Assembly: GCA_951406725.2 (NCBI GenBank)
Contig: OX597821.1
Location: forward strand, 81,344,001-81,408,000
Source: Octopus vulgaris
Lineage: Eukaryota
DNA: 64,000 nt
Direction of reading: 5' to 3'
Made by a program: the position numbers and the translations under genes. Of this stretch, positions 53,301 through 60,938 are shown one piece after another. Position 1 is the first letter of the stretch; each line of letters opens with the position of its first letter. Under the pieces are notes generated by a model. That model worked only from the letters and a program-made list of their open reading frames with translations, was not told where the DNA came from and ran no database searches.

Positions 53301-56300
53301 GTTATACTGAAGGAAGATGATAAGAAAGATTTTCATATCAATGTTTACTTACTCTTTTCAGTTCACTGTTATGAGACCCTCTCAAAGTTACTGTACAAGC
53401 AAGGTGTTTGGCACAATCATCAAAGTATAACAGTGTCTTGGTGTGACCTTCAAAGGTACATTAAAATATTTATTAGGCATATTATATATATTTACACACA
53501 CAGAGACATACACAGTCATGCCTATATTTATATATAAACATATGTACATGCAATCTATTTTAAACATATATATACATATTAAAGGAAATAGAGAAATACA
53601 ATTGATATAGTAAGAATTTATTTACATTATAATATGATTATACTATAAAAAGATATAATATAATATAACAAATAATTAAAACAAATATATTTCCTACAAT
53701 TTGTTTTGACTTATATCCACTAGTGAATTTATAAAAATTCACATTTATGAATATGAGGGTAATATTTGTCTAAAAAATAGACAAAATTTCATGCAAGCGC
53801 TGCTAAATCATAAAATAGACTGATTTAAAATATACCTGTGTTTACAAGCATGAGTGTTAATAATTTAAAAATAAATTAAATGAACAAAACAATATCTATA
53901 TATGTATATATATGATTGATTGATTGATTGATTGATTCTAGTTTCAGCTTATGAGCTGTGGCCATGCTGGGGCACCGCCATATAAATATATATATGTATA
54001 AATATATATGTATACAGTAGCGAACAAAAAGTTTCTTTTTTGATGTTAAAATTTGATATATTTCATTCACACAGAAGTTATATCTATTATCAGCAATTTT
54101 ATACCATCTAGGATGACTAAGTATTTGACATTTAATGTACAATTTCATACTATCCTTTAACTTTCATATAAACTTACTTTAACTAGTACTGTTCAATCTA
54201 TCCCTGTTTCTAAAGTATGTTCATGATTTGCAATTCGTTTTTTAATAAAATTTTCAATTGATCCTATGTAAAAATAATTTTTCCCGTTAAATTCAACTCT
54301 ACACCTATATACAAGGTTATTTTGCGTACAAAAATTATTGAAATAACATTTATCCTTAAATCTACAATCACAAGTTCTAGCAACATAATTTTCAGTAATA
54401 GAATTATTATTATTTTTATCATCATAAAAATGTCTAATTTTTTGTTATTAATTGAAGAGATAATTCTAAACATTAGTTTAACATCAATGTATTTAGTAGA
54501 AACTTTTGAATTACTGAATTGTTGATTAAAAGTGTTTTTTTAATGAATTTAGTGTCTGAATAAAATATATCCTTGTTTATTTCTTCAAAATAGTATATAG
54601 AAATTTTAAATAAAATATATTTCCTACTCCACCATAAATTCTTAACATATGTTTTATTATATAATAAAAATGGTCAGTGATTATTTTTAGATTAAAATAT
54701 CTTTAGATTAATATTATCAAAGATGCACAAGAACATTTTATGAATGTTGTAATTGTTTTGTTTATTTGATTTATTTTAAAATGATTGATGCTCATGCTTG
54801 TAAACACAGGTATATTTTAAATCAGTCTATTTTATGATTTAGCAGTCCCTGCATGAAATTTTACCCCTGAGGGGATTCATATGCATGAATGTGAATTTTT
54901 ATAAATTCACTAGTGGATATAAGTGAAAATAAATTGTAGGAAATATATTTATTTCGATTATTTGTTATATTATATCATATTATATTATATCTTTTTATAG
55001 TATAATTATATTATATGTAAATGAATTTTTAATATATCAATTGTTTTTCTCTATTTCCTTAAATATTTATATATTGAAATTATACAATTTTTAAGTTCGG
55101 ATTTTTTCTCTAATATATTGTCATACCTAACTGAAGAACCAATGAAAATTAGATGTTTTACATCCCTTTGAAGGAAATGAATTTTTTCATTGGATTGACT
55201 ATTAATAATTATATATATATATACATATATTGTGTACATGCATAATTCATTAAATATATGATGTGTGTAAGTTCTACAGCACAACAGCTTGGGCAGGTGG
55301 CTTCTACAGTTTGATCAAAGCCTTTTGATTGAATTTGGTAGATGGAAACTGAAAGAAGCCCATCTTGTACCTCTGTGTATTATTGAGAGTTTATAAATTG
55401 ATGATCCGTCATATGTGTACTTTATTATATTAACACAAGATGACACATGAAAGAAGTGGTAGAGTAATGAACTTAATGCCAAAGAGCATTTAGTTCCATC
55501 TCTTTTATCAATGATATAGTGTAGAAAAATATCAATTGACTTAGCTCTTCATTTCCATATTTCTGGTCATGCACTAAAGTTAGAAACCAACATTGAAATA
55601 TCATAGATATAAGTACATACAGCTAGATTGAAACTATCTGAATGTTTCAAACTGAAAATACTTAGAAGAATTACATTAATGTTACATTTACCATTTGGAA
55701 GCTGGAAGTTTTTCACTTTAAATGAATTGCAAAACCCTAATTTTGGTTTATTTACCAGTCCATCAATAGAACGAACTATTTCTGCCTGAGTACATCTTGA
55801 TAATCTTTGCATTACACTCTGAAAAAGAATTAAAGTATTTTTTCTCAAAAGTTTACACATTTAATGCTGTATGAGAGTACAATCCCCCCCCCTGGCAAGA
55901 ATGGACTGGACCACTACATATAAATAGAAGTGGTCTGAGTAAGTGAAGTAGTCTGTGCTAGTTCCACAGTTTGTGTGTTGATAGTTCAAAATTTACAGTT
56001 CAAGTTAGCATGTTGGATTGTTGTTTCTTAAAAGATTGTTGCTATGTTACATGTGGTTACTGCCGTTTGTTTTGATTATATTGTTATTACACTGTTGCAT
56101 TGTATTTGTTTATTCATAAGGATATAACATTTAACATCAAATATAATGCACCATCGAACTTATGTATTTCAGTGGGTATCTTTTTTTTTTTTGGTGTTAC
56201 TCCAAAGAAGTGAACAGTACTTGGTCTCAAAAGTCACCACAAAAGTTAGGGATGAGCTGCTGGATAAAGTTAGTGTGATTTGGGAAAGGAATTAGAGAAA

Positions 56301-59300
56301 AATGCCATTTCAGAAATCAGAACTGGACTAAGAGATTCTGAATTTTTTAAAAATTGAACCCTGAGGTTGAACAACCTTGTCATATATGAAAATAAATGCA
56401 AACTGACTTGACAACAACTTATCCCACCATATAATCAAACAGTGTACAACAGAATGCATATAGTACAATAACAAATCAGATAAAAATACAGCATACCAGA
56501 TGAGCAAGATATCTGAATCACCTTCCAATATTTAATTGGTTACACGTCAACAAACATGGTATCAAAGTCATGAAAATATTAATAATCAAGATGCCTTAGT
56601 GTAGTCCATATGAATAACATTCTTCTATATCCATTATTTCTTCAATATAATCATTCTTTAGGAGTGAATATACTTTTCTTAATAGAGAAGGAAGGTTCTG
56701 TTGTTTGATAAGGAACCTTTACTGAGAATCCATTCTTTCTCTGTAGATTAAAGCTGCAAACAAATCCACAGAGTGGACACTTAAGAACCCTTATAATATT
56801 GTTTATGTCTTTTTTAACCGCCACATCTCCCATTATTGAATTTGAAGCTGACCATATTTCTATGAAACTAATTATAAGATTTTAAAACTATCTCTATCAT
56901 TTTATCAACAACTTCAGAAAATCTGTGGAGACACGTGGCTTAGTGGTTATGGTGTTGGACTCATGATCAGAAGATTGTGGTTTCGATTACCCCGATTACT
57001 TAGCCAGGCGATGATTTGTGTTCTTGAGCAAAACGCTTTATTTTGTGTTGCTCCAGTCCACTCAGCTGGGAAAAATGAGTTATCCTGTAACAGACAAGCA
57101 TCCCATTCTGGTGGGGAATTTATGTCATGAAAACCAGGAAACTGGCCAGTATGAGTTGGCATGATTCAAGCAGTTACCTTTCCACATACTACCTTTGAGA
57201 AAATCTGCCTTCAAGCATTGGTTGTTAATTATAATTCCTAGTCAGTACTAACAACCCATCTCTTCTGCACCATTGTATTATCATTGCTGTGTCACTTAAT
57301 TCAATACAAGTTTCTACAAATATTAAAATTACTAAAAGTTTTTAATTTGTGTAAAAATTTAATTTAAAAAAAAAATTGTGGCTGTGATGTTAAGGTAGTG
57401 AGCTAGAACAAGAGGCACAGTAAATGTAAGGTTTAGGTACTGGATACTAATGCAGATCTTATTACTGTTATTTTCCTGTATCCCTGACTTAACCCTTTCA
57501 TTGCTGTATTTATTTTGAGATGCTCTGTGTTTCTTTCAATTACTTTAAATATAAGAAAGAATTTAGTAAAATAACTTAGTTATCATTCAGCTAGTGTTAG
57601 GAACATAAATTGTGACTAAGGTTTGGTGGAAGATTTTAATTCAAAACTTATGAAAACAAGTGATTTGTACTCAGAGCCAGAGCCGGTTTCAGCCAGGTTG
57701 GTAATGAAAGGGTTAAAGTACTTAAATCTGACAGAATAAAAATACAGGTCTCATTTTCTATTTCAATTGGACAGGTTAGTTGTAGGGAGTACATCCTAAT
57801 GTAAAATTAGTCTCCTGGTATTATTTTTCTTTAATGATTTGGTCTGAAGAAAGGGTTTGTCACAATATGAGATTGGAGAGATAAATGCAACTGATGTTTT
57901 TAAGCAACTACAAATCAATGACTGTAGAAAAATATAGATAGAGAGGAAATTCAAGAGAGGACAATGTGAGGAGAAAGAAAACCTGAGTATAGTGGTTTGG
58001 GTGAGGTCAATAACACGAGTAAGTAGAGTTTGGGTGATGAGTGAACAAGAGATAAATGAGATAATTGGCTTTGGGTAGAGGTGACCCATGACCAGCCATC
58101 TTTGAGAAGAATAGGCCACAGTAATAGCAGTAGAAAATCCAGATGCCTGCATGCCAAAGATCAAAATACTGGCGAGTGACTCCATATGAACTGGATAGTG
58201 TTTTCTTGGATGCCATTTAGGATATTGATGTACGTAGCAGCAGCACTGTCCCAGGTGTAGGAGTTGTATTCCATTGTAGATTTCACTTGAGCTTCATTGA
58301 GAGTTAGCAACAGTTGGGAGCTTAAGTATTTTCTGGTCCTAAAGAGGAAAACCAGTGTTTAACATGCAGTTTTGCTACATTGTGGATGAGAGATCACTCA
58401 GAAAGAGCATTAGTGATTGTGAGACTTAGCATTTGTCATAATTTGGAGAGATTTAGTTGTGTGTTGTCTATAACTTAGTGGTACTATTTGTAAGTGGTGA
58501 CAAAAGTGTTTTGTTGATATGTGAAGGGAGGATATCTTTGTGTCTTTGAAGGAGATAAAATTAATGTGACCCCAAGGCTGGACAATGTTTTGAGATTTCT
58601 GTTCTAGCCTGTACATGCAAGCATGGAAAAATGACTATAAAATAGAAACAAAAAAGAAAAACCAACATCCAGTGCATAGTTAATGTAGCTGACACAAGTC
58701 CAAGTTGGTCCCTTATCTCTACCCTCTGGTTTGGTGTGGTTCTTAAGTTGTCTTTCAGTAGTTTTTAAGTGCATGAGAGCCATCATTTCAATGGAAACCA
58801 ACAACTAAAATTCTTGAAATACATGAATCTAAATGTGTACTTACAGTTTTGGTATTGAAAATTAGAATGATACCAGCTTCTAAGAGAAACTCTTGTGCAA
58901 GTCGACATACTGATTTCTCCACCACAACGACATCTGGTTTCAAAGCACACACTTTCGCAACACTATTTTTTAAAAACTCTCTTTCCTAAAAATATAAAAT
59001 GCAATTTAATTCACAATTACAAAAGTGAATTTGGTATCTAAAAAAGGCACATCATAATGTGTTTGTGCCTATGTATTAATTATACAAACATTTCTTATCA
59101 AATATTAATTAAAGCATACAAAGGGTGTTCATTAAAGATTTTCCCTGACCCACTTCTAGTTATTGCAGGAAAAAGAACTTGAACAGGTAAAATTATACAC
59201 GTCTCTACATATCACATTGTAAATAGCCGCTTTCCACTAGTTTCTGTTGGTCTTTTATGGCTGCTGAAGTGGACTAAGGTGTCATAATGGAGGCAGCTGA

Positions 59301-60899
59301 ATGCAGATCACTGATCAGGTTCTTATATTTGTACACCAAAAGAGATTTTCAATGAGCTGAAAGAAGTTTATGGTGATGATGCACCACCATACAACGTAGT
59401 CTAACACTGGCGTTGCTTGTTCAAATGTGGTTGGACATCGGTGGAGACTGCTCCTATTCCTGGACAACCAAATTCTGCTATTGATGACAACACCATCCAT
59501 AAAGTGGAAGCTGCCATTTTGGAGGATTGACACATAACTATTTGGCAACTAGCCCAAGAAATGAAGATAAGTGTAGGGTCCATAGAAAAAAATCATTCAT
59601 GACCATTTGCACATGCAGAAGTTGTCTGCATGATGGATTCCCAAGATGCTCACACCTTTTCAGAAGCAGGAATGAGTTAATTGCTCCTAGGCTCTTTTGG
59701 CAATGTGCCAAGAAAATGAGGAGAACTTTTACAGCAGACTTTATCACACAGGATGAAACATGGGGCCATCACTATGATCCTGAGACTAAAGTCCAGTCAA
59801 AGCAATGTTAAGCTTGGTTAGTAATAAATCAAAAACTATGACGTGCATATGTATGTATGTATGGATGGATGGATGGATGGATGCATGTATGTATCATAGC
59901 TTTTTTTTATGAAATAAGTGTAGAACTTCATAATTTATTGTTTGATGGTATTGTTTTGGTGGCACGTAAAAAGCACCATCCGTCCGTGGCCGTTTTCCAG
60001 CTCCGTCTGGCACCTGTGCGGGTGGCACGTAAAAAGCACCCACTACACTCACGGAGTGGCTGGCGTTAGGAAGGGCATCCAGCCGTAGAAACACTACCAG
60101 ATCAGACTGGGCCTGATGCAGCCTTCTGGCTTCACAGACCCCAGTTGAACCGTCCAACCCATGCTAGCATGGAAAGCAGACGCTAAATGATGATGATGAT
60201 GATGAATATGAATTCTGTACTGATCAAATTTGCTGAAACAGCCTCCAGAACTAATATTCTAATTATTTTTGTTTGCTTGTTTCTTTCTTTCTTCTTTTAT
60301 TTCTATTTTTTAAATGTATATGAGAGGGGAATTGAAATTTGAAGCTCACCTTTCGAAAAGATGCCTCAGTAAGATAACTTTTACAAATAATTAAATGATC
60401 AGATGACAACAGATGTAGAAATGAACATTTTGAACTACTACGGGTATTGTTATTGTTGATGTTCTTTCAAATGTGGTGGTGAGTGTGTGCACATATATAT
60501 CTTTATCTTTTACTTCTTTCAGTCATTAGATTACAGCCATGCTGGGGCACCACCTTGAAGAATTTTTAGGTGAATGTATCCCCCCACCCATCCAGTGCTT
60601 ACTTTTTATAAGCCTGGTACTTATTCTATCAGTCTCTTTTGCTAAACCACTAAGTTATAGGGATGTAAACACACCAGCACTGGTTGTCAAGCAGTGGTGG
60701 GGGACAAACATAGATACACATATATATATGCATATATATGATTGGCTTCTTTCAGTTTCTGTCTACCAAATCCACTCACAAGGCTTTGATCAGCCTGAGG
60801 CTATAGTAGAAGACTATAGTCCAAGGTGCCTCACATTGGGGCTGAACCCAGAACCATGTGATTGGGAAACAACCTTCTTACCACACAGTCACATCTGCA

Positions 60900-60938
<39 letters not shown>

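Noticed and set aside
53013-53537. 174-aa plus-strand ORF
   Set aside because: A composite of a SINE fragment and the antisense of a PIKfyve exon, with no coherent protein motifs.
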